DNA of 64,000 nucleotides from Candidatus Accumulibacter sp. UBA704 (GTDB taxonomy: Bacteria; Pseudomonadota; Gammaproteobacteria; Burkholderiales; Rhodocyclaceae): positions 40,227 through 104,226 of the forward strand of contig DBMG01000053.1 of the NCBI GenBank assembly GCA_002304785.1, given 5' to 3'. Of the stretch, positions 1 through 9,137 are shown one piece after another. Both the position numbers and the translations under genes were made by a program. Below the pieces are notes generated by a model, which was given only the letters and a program-made list of their open reading frames with translations, did not search any database and had not been told where the DNA came from. Position 1 is the stretch's first letter; each line of letters opens with the position of its first letter.

Positions 1-311
1 GCCAGTTGCTTCTTGATTCTTACCAACTGGTCATACTCGCCGCGCAACAGCGTAAAACGCTCGCGCACCGGTTCGGCTTGCTTCCTCAGAACCTTGTCGA
101 GCGGCCGCGAAAAGGCCTTGGCCAGACGCTTGCGCTTCTTCGCGGGGGGAGAGGACTCGGGCGCAGCAGGGGCGGCACTCGCCGGCAATGCAGGTTTGGC
201 CTCGACGGGAGTCTCCGAAACGACCCGGGCGCGTGGTTTGCTGATCCGCTTTTTCGCCGCAGGTTCGACCACAACGGGCGACAAAGGGGGTGGAGACTTT
301 CTGACAACCAT
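1..311 (-). CDS. hypothetical protein, N-terminal part only (runs off the window start)
   Basis: Open frame from ATG at 311 to the window edge with no stop (MVVRKSPPPLSPVVVEPAAKKR...FTLLRGEYDQLVRIKKQLA). Pro/Ala/Lys-rich N-terminus. Absent from the ORF track because there is no stop in the window. No family recognised. Confidence 0.35.
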   Translation of the reverse strand, partial: MVVRKSPPPLSPVVVEPAAKKRISKPRARVVSETPVEAKPALPASAAPAAPESSPPAKKRKRLAKAFSRPLDKVLRKQAEPVRERFTLLRGEYDQLVRIKKQL

Positions 312-397
312 CGTTTTTCCTAATGAAATCACACGTACATATCAGTCTAGTGCAGAAATGTTACAAAAATGCGTCATGACGGAATATCCGTTTCACA

Positions 398-1534
398 TCA
401 GAACTCTCGCTCCTCCCGGAGCTCCATTCCCGGATCGCCCCGCTCGACGCGCACCTGCAACAGGCCAATCGTTCGCCCATCCTGCGTGCCGACGATAAAG
501 CGCCAGTCCCCCGGCTTCGGATTGAGCACCCAGGAGTAGCCGCGAAAGCCTCGTTCGCGACCACCCGTGCTGCGGAAACGGTCGCGATACACGAGCCGCC
601 AGCCTCCGTTTTCCCTCACTTCCCAGCGATGCTCGAGGTCAGCCGCAACCCGCAGCGGAGCATAGACGGCTGACACCCCGTACAACCGCCCTCCTTCCGC
701 AACATGGACCACCGACGACTGATCTCGCCAAAACTGCCACGGTGAAGCCTGTTCGACCCGCAGGAGGAAACGATCACCCGCCCGCTCGAAATCATGGCCA
801 ATCGCCATGTCGCGCTTGACCAGTGGAACCGGCGCGATCATGCCGAGATTCCAGGCCAGCAGCAATGTCACGGCGATTCCCCACGCGGGCAGGATGCGGC
901 CTGGCCGACCGGGCGCCATCAGGCGCAGCCCGTGCGCCAGCACGACCCCGGTCATCGTCGAGGCATAGAACCACAGGGGATCAAGGCTTCCGGCCAGATG
1001 CGGCAACACGAAATTCAGGAGCAGGATGGCATTGAGGGCAAATAGCGACCACGTCAGGGTGAAACGCCTCCCGTAACGGTCGCCAGCGAATTCGTTGGCC
1101 ACCAGCAACCCGCCGAGCACGGCCGCCGTCAGCCACGAACCGAGGTGCCCGGAACTCCTGAAATACAGGATGAACAGCGCGGAAAAAACGCCTCCGTAGA
1201 AGAACTGGATGAGCAGATACGGCGCTTGCCATATCAGCCGCGCGATTTTCCCGCGCAATCGATCGGCCGGAGGAGGAGGCGTTTTCTCCTGCAAATGGCG
1301 CCACGCCAGCCACAACGCAAAAATGGCCGCGCCGAACAGATAACCGCCCAGGCGCCAGAAGTCCAGCACGGTGACGCGCTGCCCGATGGTCAGCGCGTCC
1401 GCGACAAAACCGGTAAAAAAGGCGGCTACGGGGTAAAAACGCCGAAGTAGTTTCACGAAGCGAGAAGCGCTGAGAATACGTGACGAGACGCGTATCTTAA
1501 CGCCGACGGTGCGTTTCAGACGCCTTGTGCTCAC
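398..1534 (-). CDS. polytopic membrane protein with DUF2914-like C-terminal beta-rich domain
   Basis: 378-aa ORF with several hydrophobic helices. The C-terminus (HRWEVRENGGWRLVYRDRFRSTGGRERGFRGYSW...GDWRFIVGTQDGRTIG) resembles DUF2914. GTG start at 1534; an alternative GTG at 1456 is possible. Confidence 0.6.
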   Translation of the reverse strand: MSTRRLKRTVGVKIRVSSRILSASRFVKLLRRFYPVAAFFTGFVADALTIGQRVTVLDFWRLGGYLFGAAIFALWLAWRHLQEKTPPPPADRLRGKIARLIWQAPYLLIQFFYGGVFSALFILYFRSSGHLGSWLTAAVLGGLLVANEFAGDRYGRRFTLTWSLFALNAILLLNFVLPHLAGSLDPLWFYASTMTGVVLAHGLRLMAPGRPGRILPAWGIAVTLLLAWNLGMIAPVPLVKRDMAIGHDFERAGDRFLLRVEQASPWQFWRDQSSVVHVAEGGRLYGVSAVYAPLRVAADLEHRWEVRENGGWRLVYRDRFRSTGGRERGFRGYSWVLNPKPGDWRFIVGTQDGRTIGLLQVRVERGDPGMELREEREF

Positions 1535-1643
1535 CGGCAGGTACGGATGGAAACTTCACTCCCCTTTTAGGATGGCATATGCCAAAATTCGACTGCGCCT
1601 GTCCATGCCATCCTTCAACCCGCATTCCCACCTCATTCAAGCC

Positions 1644-2507
1644 ATGGCCCTCAACACGATAGAAATCACCCTAGTGGTCGAGAATGAAACACCGCCCGAC
1701 CTGATCGCCGAACACGGCTTCGCCGCCTGGATCGAAACGGGCGGCGAGTGTTTCCTATTCGATACCGGACAGGGAACGGCCCTCGAACACAACGCCCGTG
1801 TTCTCGACATCGATCTGGGAAAGGCGGCGATGCTGATCCTTAGCCACGGCCATTACGACCACACCGGAGGCATTCCGGCGTTTCTGGCGGCCAACGCCCA
1901 TGCGCCGGTGATCTACGGAAAAGGCGCGACGACCTGCCGCTACAGTTGCCATCCCGAGCAGGCGCCCAGGCAGTCCGGCATCGTTCCCGCGGTTCTGCAG
2001 GAACTCGATGCGTTACCCGCCGGGCGGCGCATCGAACTCGACGCACACCGCTACCTCAGGCCGTGCATCGGCGTTACCGGCCCGATCCCGCGAATCACCC
2101 CGTTCGAGGACACCGGCGGACCGTTCTACCTCGATGCGAACAAGGCACGGCCCGATCTCATCAACGACGATCTCTCTTTGTGGTTCGAGACAACCGAAGG
2201 CCTGGTCATCCTGACGGGCTGCTGCCACTCGGGATTGATCAATACGATCAGCCATATCCGCAGGATCTCCGGAATCGAGCGGGTGCATGGAATCATCGGC
2301 GGGCTGCACCTGCTGAATGCCGGCGAGGAACGCCTGCAGGCAACGCGGAAGTTCCTCGCCGAGTGTCGTCCGGACTTCCTGATTCCCTGCCATTGCACCG
2401 GAGCGCTCGTCGCCGAGCGGCTACAACGGGAATTCGGCGAAGCGATGGTCACGCCCGGCAGGGCCGGGCAGAAAATAACCATTGGTACGCTACGGCCGGA
2501 AGGTTGA
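1644..2507 (+). CDS. MBL-fold metallo-hydrolase
   Basis: HGHYDHTGG metal-binding motif. Start moved to ATG 1644 (MALNTIEITLVVENE) inside the 1509..2507 ORF. Confidence 0.8.
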   Translation: MALNTIEITLVVENETPPDLIAEHGFAAWIETGGECFLFDTGQGTALEHNARVLDIDLGKAAMLILSHGHYDHTGGIPAFLAANAHAPVIYGKGATTCRYSCHPEQAPRQSGIVPAVLQELDALPAGRRIELDAHRYLRPCIGVTGPIPRITPFEDTGGPFYLDANKARPDLINDDLSLWFETTEGLVILTGCCHSGLINTISHIRRISGIERVHGIIGGLHLLNAGEERLQATRKFLAECRPDFLIPCHCTGALVAERLQREFGEAMVTPGRAGQKITIGTLRPEG

Positions 2508-2518
2508 GGCGTGGTCGA

Positions 2519-3580
2519 TCAGCACCCGCTGAGCGATTTTTTCTTGAAGTCATTCTGCAAGCGCTCGCGAATAGTCGTCGCCTCGTCGCTCTCCAGGTAG
2601 GCCCGCGTCGTCGGTGGAACGTAGTCGGCAAGGCCGGCAAAATCGCCCTTGCCGACCAGCTCGCGCACTTTGGAAGCGCTGATCACGCCGGTTTCCGCCT
2701 GCTTGCGTTCGATGATTTCGAGCTCGATGCCGTGCGCCGGCAGGATTCGCTGCATGGCCATGTTATAGCCTCCGGTCAGCGGGCAGTTCGGCTCGGTACC
2801 AACGAACCGCCGCGTGATACCGAAGAATGGGGCAATCTTCGAGGCAAACAGGGTCACGTCGAGTTCCATCTGGATGCGCGCCACGGGGTCGTCTTTCTTA
2901 AGGAAATAGGTCGGGAAGGTCGCTCCGCTGACGATATAGCGCGAGGTATCGAGTTGGATGACGTTGGCCAGATGGCGCACACCTTGCTCGACCAGGCGGT
3001 AACGAACCTCGAAAGGAAATACCGAACGGTCTTCCTTGACGACGAAAATGTACAGATTGTCCACCCGCTGTGCCGCGCTCTCGATCAGGTAGAGGTGCCC
3101 GTTGGTAAACGGGTTGCAGTTCACCACCACGGCGCCGTTCAGCCCCGGCCGAACCAGATCCTTGTTTGATTCCAGCCATTTGGAAAGCCCCTTGCCGTAT
3201 TCAAGCAAGGCCACTTTCTCCTGGGCAGCGAGCAAGGAGAAGTTCAGCGCCTGAAACGAGAAAACGAACTCCGGCTTGGTATAAACGAAAAGGGATTCGT
3301 GCCCGGCGCGCTGGCCGCTCATCACGAGTTCGGTAACCAGTTCCCCCAGCACAGCGCCACCTTGATGCTCCGGCGCCACGGCCAGCATTTTCAGGATGTT
3401 GCCGGCGCGCGAACCGGTCGCCACGAGCTGTTCGTTCTCGTAGATACCGTACATGACATCCACGCCCTCCTCGAACGCCAGGCCGCTGGCCTCGATCAAG
3501 GAACGCGCCATCTTGCGCTCGGAGTTAAGTGCCAATTCAACGATCACGATGTCGCTCCCTCTATCGTCCAAAGCGTTCAT
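2519..3580 (-). CDS. citC: [citrate (pro-3S)-lyase] ligase-like protein (GNAT N-domain plus cytidylyltransferase-like domain)
   Basis: 353-aa ORF. NCNPFTNGHLYLIE nucleotidyltransferase motif and overall CitC-family layout. Confidence 0.75.
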   Translation of the reverse strand: MNALDDRGSDIVIVELALNSERKMARSLIEASGLAFEEGVDVMYGIYENEQLVATGSRAGNILKMLAVAPEHQGGAVLGELVTELVMSGQRAGHESLFVYTKPEFVFSFQALNFSLLAAQEKVALLEYGKGLSKWLESNKDLVRPGLNGAVVVNCNPFTNGHLYLIESAAQRVDNLYIFVVKEDRSVFPFEVRYRLVEQGVRHLANVIQLDTSRYIVSGATFPTYFLKKDDPVARIQMELDVTLFASKIAPFFGITRRFVGTEPNCPLTGGYNMAMQRILPAHGIELEIIERKQAETGVISASKVRELVGKGDFAGLADYVPPTTRAYLESDEATTIRERLQNDFKKKSLSGC

Positions 3581-3819
3581 GTGATTCTACCAGCCGCAAC
3601 ACCAGGCCGAACCCAGACATGGAAACTCTCGTCGCATCCGCTGAACCGGCCCCCGCTATCTTGCTGCTTCCGATGCGCGAATCTTCTCGATTAAGACTGA
3701 GTTAAGAATCGGCTGCTTAAATGCGAGCACCCGGAGTGATCCTCAACCCACCTCGACCACACGAAAGACAGGCCGGGACAAAACAACAACGGACTTCGCC
3801 ACCGTTCCTGGAGCTTTCA

Positions 3820-5829
3820 ATGCCTTTCGCCCGCCACAGCCAGCTTCGCTATCTGTCCATCATTCTAATGGTATGGCTTGGTGTGTTCCTCCTGACACGC
3901 GGCGTACTGCTGGCATCGCATCTGGCGGAAGCGGAAGTCGGCATTTCCGGTCTCTTGCGTATTTTTGGCGTCGGTCTCATCTACGACCTGGGCTTCCTTC
4001 TGTATGCGACCTTGCCGCTGTCCCTCTATCTGCTACTGTGCCCAATGGGCCTTTGGCAACGGAAGTGGCACCAGAGGGCACTGCGCGTATTCCTCGGGTT
4101 GATGCTGTTCGTCATGCTGTTCACGGCCGCGGCGGAATGGTTCTTCTGGGACGAATTCGGGGTGCGCTTCAACTTCATCGCGGTGGATTATCTGGTGTAT
4201 TCGAAGGAGGTCATCAACAATATCCTCGAGTCGTACCCGATCTATCCGATACTCGCTGGGCTGGCCATCGCGGCCACAGGAATGGCCGCTGCGCTGAATA
4301 AGTCTCTCGATGCCGCTTTCACCGCTCCGCCATTGCCGCGAACTCTTGCATGGCCGACACTTGCCGGCGTGCTGTTGGCGGCGGGAGTCAGCGGCGCTTT
4401 GCTCGGGCAGAATTTTCCGCGCGGCCTGGGAGGCAACGCTTACCACAGCGAACTGGCGAGCAACGGTCCGTTCCAGTTTTTCGCCGCGTTTCGCAACAAC
4501 GAACTGGATTACCGGCAGTTCTATGCCACGCTGCCTGAAAACCGTGTCGCGGAACTGCTGCGCGGCGAGGTCGCAGAACCCAACGCCCGTTTCATCGGCA
4601 GCGACCCCGAGGATATCCGCCGGGTGATCAATAACCCCGGACAGGCACGGAAGATGAACGTCGTGCTGGTCACCATTGAAAGCCTCAGCGCCAAATATCT
4701 CGGCAGCTTCGGCGACACCCGCGGCCTGACTCCCAATCTCGACGAGCTGCGTAAACACAGCCTGTTCTTCACCAACTTCTACGCCACCGGCACGCGCACC
4801 GATCGCGGACTCGAGGCGATTACGCTCTCCGTTCCCCCGACCCCTGGCCGCTCGATCGTCAAGAGAATCGGGCGGGAAACCGGTTATGCCAGTCTCGGCC
4901 AACAGTTCAACGCGATGGGATACGACAGCGTGTTCATCTATGGAGGACGCGGCTACTTCGACAATATGAATGCATTCTTCTCCGGCAACGGATACCGCAT
5001 CGTCGACCAGAGCAGCGTTGCCGACGCGGATATGGCGTTCCAGAACGCTTGGGGCATGTCGGACGAAGACATCTACAAACAGACGCTGAAGGTGGCCGAC
5101 GCCGATCACGCGGCGGGCAAGCCTTTCTTCCTGCAGCTGATGACCACCTCCAACCACCGCCCCTATACCTATCCGGGAGGACGCATCGACATCCCCTCCG
5201 GCCAGGGACGCGAAGGCGCCGTGAAATATACCGACCACGCGATCGGCCAGTTCCTCGCCCAAGCGCGGGAGAAACCCTGGTTCGACACGACCGTTTTCAT
5301 CTTCGTCGCCGATCACACGGCAGGCAGCGCCGGCAAAGAGGATCTGCCGGTCGCCAACTACCATATCCCCTTGTTCGTCTATGCCCCGGCATTCATCCAG
5401 CCGCGCGAGGTGTCCATCGTTGCGAGCCAGATCGATGTGGCTCCTACCCTGCTGGGTCTGCTCAATTTCAATTACACATCGACTTTCTTCGGCCGCAACA
5501 TGCTGAGGGAAGACGCGCCCACCGGACGTGCCGTGATCGGCAACTATCAGCACCTGGGGCTGTTCGACGGCACCAGCCTGGCAATTCTCAGCCCGAGACG
5601 GGCAATGCGTCGACACGACGACGCACTGGGTTCAAGCCACGAAGTCCGCTCGAATAGCGGCGATCCGCTCCTGCAGCGCGATATCGCCTACTACCAGGGC
5701 GCGAGCCATCACTTCCGGAAAGGTCTGCTGGCCTGGCGCCCTGATTCCGGAGCCCAGACCCTGCTGACCCACGTCAATCCACCGCCAGCAGCCGTGGATC
5801 TTCCGGCCGCCGCGGCTTCCGGAACGTAG
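3820..5829 (+). CDS. LTA synthase / phosphoglycerol-transferase family protein (membrane-anchored sulfatase fold)
   Basis: N-terminal transmembrane helices followed by an alkaline-phosphatase-superfamily domain (VVLVTIESLSAKYLG, MTTSNHRPY, ADHTAG). ATG 3820 is preceded by GGAG. Confidence 0.8.
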   Translation: MPFARHSQLRYLSIILMVWLGVFLLTRGVLLASHLAEAEVGISGLLRIFGVGLIYDLGFLLYATLPLSLYLLLCPMGLWQRKWHQRALRVFLGLMLFVMLFTAAAEWFFWDEFGVRFNFIAVDYLVYSKEVINNILESYPIYPILAGLAIAATGMAAALNKSLDAAFTAPPLPRTLAWPTLAGVLLAAGVSGALLGQNFPRGLGGNAYHSELASNGPFQFFAAFRNNELDYRQFYATLPENRVAELLRGEVAEPNARFIGSDPEDIRRVINNPGQARKMNVVLVTIESLSAKYLGSFGDTRGLTPNLDELRKHSLFFTNFYATGTRTDRGLEAITLSVPPTPGRSIVKRIGRETGYASLGQQFNAMGYDSVFIYGGRGYFDNMNAFFSGNGYRIVDQSSVADADMAFQNAWGMSDEDIYKQTLKVADADHAAGKPFFLQLMTTSNHRPYTYPGGRIDIPSGQGREGAVKYTDHAIGQFLAQAREKPWFDTTVFIFVADHTAGSAGKEDLPVANYHIPLFVYAPAFIQPREVSIVASQIDVAPTLLGLLNFNYTSTFFGRNMLREDAPTGRAVIGNYQHLGLFDGTSLAILSPRRAMRRHDDALGSSHEVRSNSGDPLLQRDIAYYQGASHHFRKGLLAWRPDSGAQTLLTHVNPPPAAVDLPAAAASGT

Positions 5830-5845
5830 AAACCAGTCATCCTGA

Positions 5846-6325
5846 AGACAAACGCTGGCCACGTCATTCCGACATAAGCGGGAATGCAGAGGTGCGCCAC
5901 CGGATTCTGCGCCAAGCAGGCGGTCATTCCGCAGGCGGCACTGGCGACCGTCGGCTTTCTCCTCAGCCTCACGATTTCCAGATTCCGCCTCTGGCGTCGC
6001 CCGTTGGGCTATCTGGCGCTGGCCCGGCGGACAAGCCTCCGCCGGGTTTTCCTTGCTCGCCCTCCGCTTCGTCCTGCGCGGCCGACGCCCGCGCGCGCCT
6101 CTCGTCGTTCCCGGTGCAGCGCGCGGAATGGGCACGCTGTTCTCAGCCGGGCCCGTGCTGCAGGGCGCCCATTTTCTCTCGCACAATGTGTGGACGTTGC
6201 TGTTTGACTGGACGATCTGCCCGCTGCTCTACCTGTGGATTCTCTACCGCGACCCGCAGAACCAGTGCGTGAAACGGGAAAGGTCAGCGCAAGGCCAACG
6301 ATTGACGACCAACGAACAAAACTGA
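5846..6325 (+). pseudogene. remnant of a PAP2-family membrane phosphatase (C-terminal third only, no usable start, catalytic His replaced)
   Basis: Frame 2 reads ...RWPGGQASAGFSLLALRF...GAHFLSHNVWTLLFDW. This matches the PSGH and SRxxxxxHxxxD regions of PAP2 phosphatases, but with PGGQ in place of PSGH. The first start codon in this frame (TTG 6053) lies downstream of that motif, and the N-terminal two thirds are missing. Confidence 0.35.
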
Positions 6326-6355
6326 TTCGTTCCGGGCATCCCGGCCACACATGGC

Positions 6356-7306
6356 TCAGATCACGTAATCCTCGCCCGCAACGGCTTCGTTTCTGAGAAT
6401 TTCGGTGATTTTCTGTTCGGCCAGTCCGGGCACGAGCTTCTGGATCAGGTCGTAAGCATAGCTGCGCAGATAGACGCCGCGACGCACGGCCAGACGCGTG
6501 GTATTCGGAACAAAAAGGTGCGGGACATCCAGGAGAACCAGGTTGCTGTCGCGTTCCGGGTTGTAGGCCATCGAAGCGATGATGCCGATGCCCAGCCCGA
6601 TATCGACGTAGGTCTTGATCACATCGGCGTCGATGGCCGAAAGAACGATGTCGGGCAATAGTCCCTCTTCGGCAAAACGGCGATCGATGTTCGCCCGCCC
6701 GGTGAAACCTTCGTGGTAGGTAACGATCGGGGATTCCGCGATATCGGCCAACGTAATGTTCTCCAGCTCCGTCAGCGGGTGGCCACGCTGGACGATCACG
6801 GCGTGATGCCAAGTGTAATAGGCAAAGGTAGCAATTTCCGGAACGTTGGCCAGCCACTCCGTAGCGATGGCGATATCGGCCTCACCGGCGATCAGCATCT
6901 CGGCGATTTCCTTCGGGCTGCCCTGGTGCAGGACCAGATGGACCTTCGGGTACTCCGCCTTGAACCGTTTAATTACTTCCGGCAATGCGTAGCGTGCCTG
7001 GGTATGCGTGGTGGCGATTACCAGGTTTCCGGTTTTGCGGCTGGAGAAATGGTCGGCAATGCTGCGCACGTTCTGGGTATCGAGCAGGATGCGCTCGACG
7101 ACGGTCAGCACTTCCTTGCCCGGCTCGGTAAGGCCGAGCAGCCGCTTGCCACGGCGCACGAAGATCTCGACCCCGAGTTCATCTTCGAGATCCTTGATGT
7201 GTTTGGAAACACCAGGCTGAGAGGTGAACAGCGTATTGGCTACCGTCGTCAGGTTGAAGTCCTGGCGTACCGCCTCTCGAAGGATGCGCAGTTGCTGGAA
7301 ATTCAT
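6356..7306 (-). CDS. cysB: LysR-family transcriptional regulator, CysB/Cbl type
   Basis: N-terminus MNFQQLRILREAVRQDFNLTTVANTLFTSQPGVSKHIKDLEDELGVEIF parallels the CysB HTH region. Adjacent to a sulfate-binding protein gene. Confidence 0.85.
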   Translation of the reverse strand: MNFQQLRILREAVRQDFNLTTVANTLFTSQPGVSKHIKDLEDELGVEIFVRRGKRLLGLTEPGKEVLTVVERILLDTQNVRSIADHFSSRKTGNLVIATTHTQARYALPEVIKRFKAEYPKVHLVLHQGSPKEIAEMLIAGEADIAIATEWLANVPEIATFAYYTWHHAVIVQRGHPLTELENITLADIAESPIVTYHEGFTGRANIDRRFAEEGLLPDIVLSAIDADVIKTYVDIGLGIGIIASMAYNPERDSNLVLLDVPHLFVPNTTRLAVRRGVYLRSYAYDLIQKLVPGLAEQKITEILRNEAVAGEDYVI

Positions 7307-7333
7307 GTCCGCTCCTCGCCTCCCCGTACCCGG

Positions 7334-8344
7334 TTACCGCCCGGCTCCGTAAATCTGGTCGAACGTGCCGCCGTCGGCGAAATGCGTTTTCTGTGCCTTC
7401 TCCCAGCCGCCGAAGACGTCGTCAATGGTGATCAGGTTGACCTTGGCGAACTGTTTGGCGTACTTCGCGGCCACCTTCTGGTCTCGCGGACGATAGTAGT
7501 GTTTGGCGGCAAGTTCCTGCGCTTCGGGGGAATAGAGATACTCGAGATAGGCTTCAGCGACCTTGCGCGTGCCGCGCTTGTCGACGGTCTTGTCGACCAC
7601 CGACACCGGCGGTTCGGCGAGGATCGACAGTGACGGCGTAACGATGTCAAACTTCTCCGGCCCCAGTTCCTTGACCGCCAGGTAGGCTTCATTCTCCCAG
7701 GCCAACAGGACGTCGCCGATGCCGCGTTCGGTGAAGGTGGTGGTCGCGCCGCGCGCACCGGAATCCAGCACCTTGACGTTCTTGAAGATCTTGCCGACGA
7801 ACTCCTTGGCCTTCTCGTCGTTGCCACCCGGTTGTATCAGCGCGTAGGCCCAGGCTGTCAGGTAGTTCCAGCGGGCGCCACCGGAGGTCTTCGGGTTCGG
7901 TGTGACGATACCGATGCCGGGCTTGACGAGATCGTCCCAATCCTTGATCTGTTTGGGATTGCCCTTGCGTACCAGGAAGACGATGGTCGACGTATAGGGC
8001 GAGGCGTTCTGCGGCAGGCGTTTCTGCCAGTTTTCCGGAATCAGGTTCTTGGTGGCGAGCGCACCGACGTCATAGGCCAGAGCAAGGGTGACGACATCGG
8101 CATCCAGCCCATCGATGACGCTGCGCGCCTGCTTGCCCGAGCCGCCGTGTGACTGGTTGATGGTGACCTTCTCGTTGGCCTTGCCCTGCCAGTATTTCGC
8201 GAAGGCGGCGTTGTATTCCTGATAGAACTCTCGCGTCGGATCATAGGAGACGTTAAGCAGCGAGGTATCGGCGCGTGCGGAAGCCGTGGCAGCGGCAAAG
8301 GCGAGGCCCAAGGCCAGGCCAGTCAAAAGTTTGCGGAACGACAT
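7334..8344 (-). CDS. sbp: sulfate/thiosulfate ABC transporter substrate-binding protein
   Basis: Signal peptide [23 protein letters not shown] followed by [13 protein letters not shown], typical of Sbp/CysP. ATG 8344 has GGAGA upstream. Confidence 0.85.
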   Translation of the reverse strand: MSFRKLLTGLALGLAFAAATASARADTSLLNVSYDPTREFYQEYNAAFAKYWQGKANEKVTINQSHGGSGKQARSVIDGLDADVVTLALAYDVGALATKNLIPENWQKRLPQNASPYTSTIVFLVRKGNPKQIKDWDDLVKPGIGIVTPNPKTSGGARWNYLTAWAYALIQPGGNDEKAKEFVGKIFKNVKVLDSGARGATTTFTERGIGDVLLAWENEAYLAVKELGPEKFDIVTPSLSILAEPPVSVVDKTVDKRGTRKVAEAYLEYLYSPEAQELAAKHYYRPRDQKVAAKYAKQFAKVNLITIDDVFGGWEKAQKTHFADGGTFDQIYGAGR

Positions 8345-8498
8345 CGGGATTCTCCTTCGATAAATGACAGGCCCGAGTCTAGGCAATCACCTCCACAACC
8401 CAAACGACTTAATGTTTATTAGCTTATTCGCCGGTCTTGCATATTCTTAAAACCAAAGGTTATTAGAAATAGATGAATTGGCGTAATCGAGGAATATA

Positions 8499-8828
8499 TC
8501 AACGGGAATGACGGATTTCGTAGCCGGATCCGCGCAACAGTTCGATAGCTTGTTCTAGTTTGCGCTGTCTCTGGATCTGGCGGTTGCCGAGAGTCAACCG
8601 TGGCACTCCCGATAACGCGCAACCATGGCTCTCCAGCCAGGTATTGATGAGGTCGAGACTCTTCCGGCCAATACCCGGCGCACGCTCGATGACCCGGATA
8701 TCCAATGCGGCAATCTCCTGAGGGGAAATACTGGCCTTGTTCAACAGCAGGCGCAACGCGTTTCGCTGACGTGTCGGCAAAACGGTCGCTTCCGATTCAC
8801 CACCGGGCGGAAGTTTGCGGTCGGACAT
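8499..8828 (-). CDS. small stand-alone RNA polymerase alpha-CTD-like helix-hairpin-helix protein
   Basis: LPTRQRNALRLL...EIAAL...ERAPGIGRKSLDLINTWLESHGCALSG aligns by eye with RpoA CTD (LTVRSANCLK...[24 protein letters not shown]). GAAGGAG lies 7 nt upstream of the ATG. The gene sits in an AT-rich islet. Confidence 0.6.
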   Translation of the reverse strand: MSDRKLPPGGESEATVLPTRQRNALRLLLNKASISPQEIAALDIRVIERAPGIGRKSLDLINTWLESHGCALSGVPRLTLGNRQIQRQRKLEQAIELLRGSGYEIRHSR

Positions 8829-9137
8829 GACGGACGCTCCTTCGGCAACAGGCCGCGCAGGCCGGAAAATTCGATCCCATCAAAGAGCCAAACAGGATTC
8901 TGGGGCGCCAGCATAGACATAACGGCGGAGGCAACCAACGAATGAATCCTGATATCGAAATCTGTCGTGCGAATAAAGATCCTTATTCCCGCCGGGGTTG
9001 AAGGCTTTATTCAAGCGCCAAGTCGCGCAACCAGACATTTTGATATATCCAAATAATTATTAGTTCGTTCCAAAAAACACTTTACAAATATAAGGTTGAG
9101 GCCAAGACATCGCCCAATTCGAGAGCAACGAACAATC

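Noticed and set aside
4033-5616. 527-aa minus-strand ORF. This entry also stands for similar long antisense ORFs at 13337-14851, 19251-20396, 21568-22761, 27255-28505, 28435-29466, 35416-36543, 37247-38422, 44255-45451, 52490-53776 and 54841-56241.
   Set aside because: Each overlaps, on the opposite strand or out of frame, a gene with strong family signatures. Their composition is what stop-codon-poor high-GC DNA is expected to produce.
5884-6272. 107-aa and 126-aa plus-strand ORFs (frames 1 and 3) downstream of the LTA-synthase-family gene
   Set aside because: Their translations are Arg/Ala/Pro-rich with no motifs. The only recognisable signal in this interval is the PAP2-like sequence in frame 2.
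6009-6857. 282-aa minus-strand ORF overlapping the cysB 3-prime region
   Set aside because: Out of frame with cysB and extremely Arg/Gly-rich. A shadow ORF.
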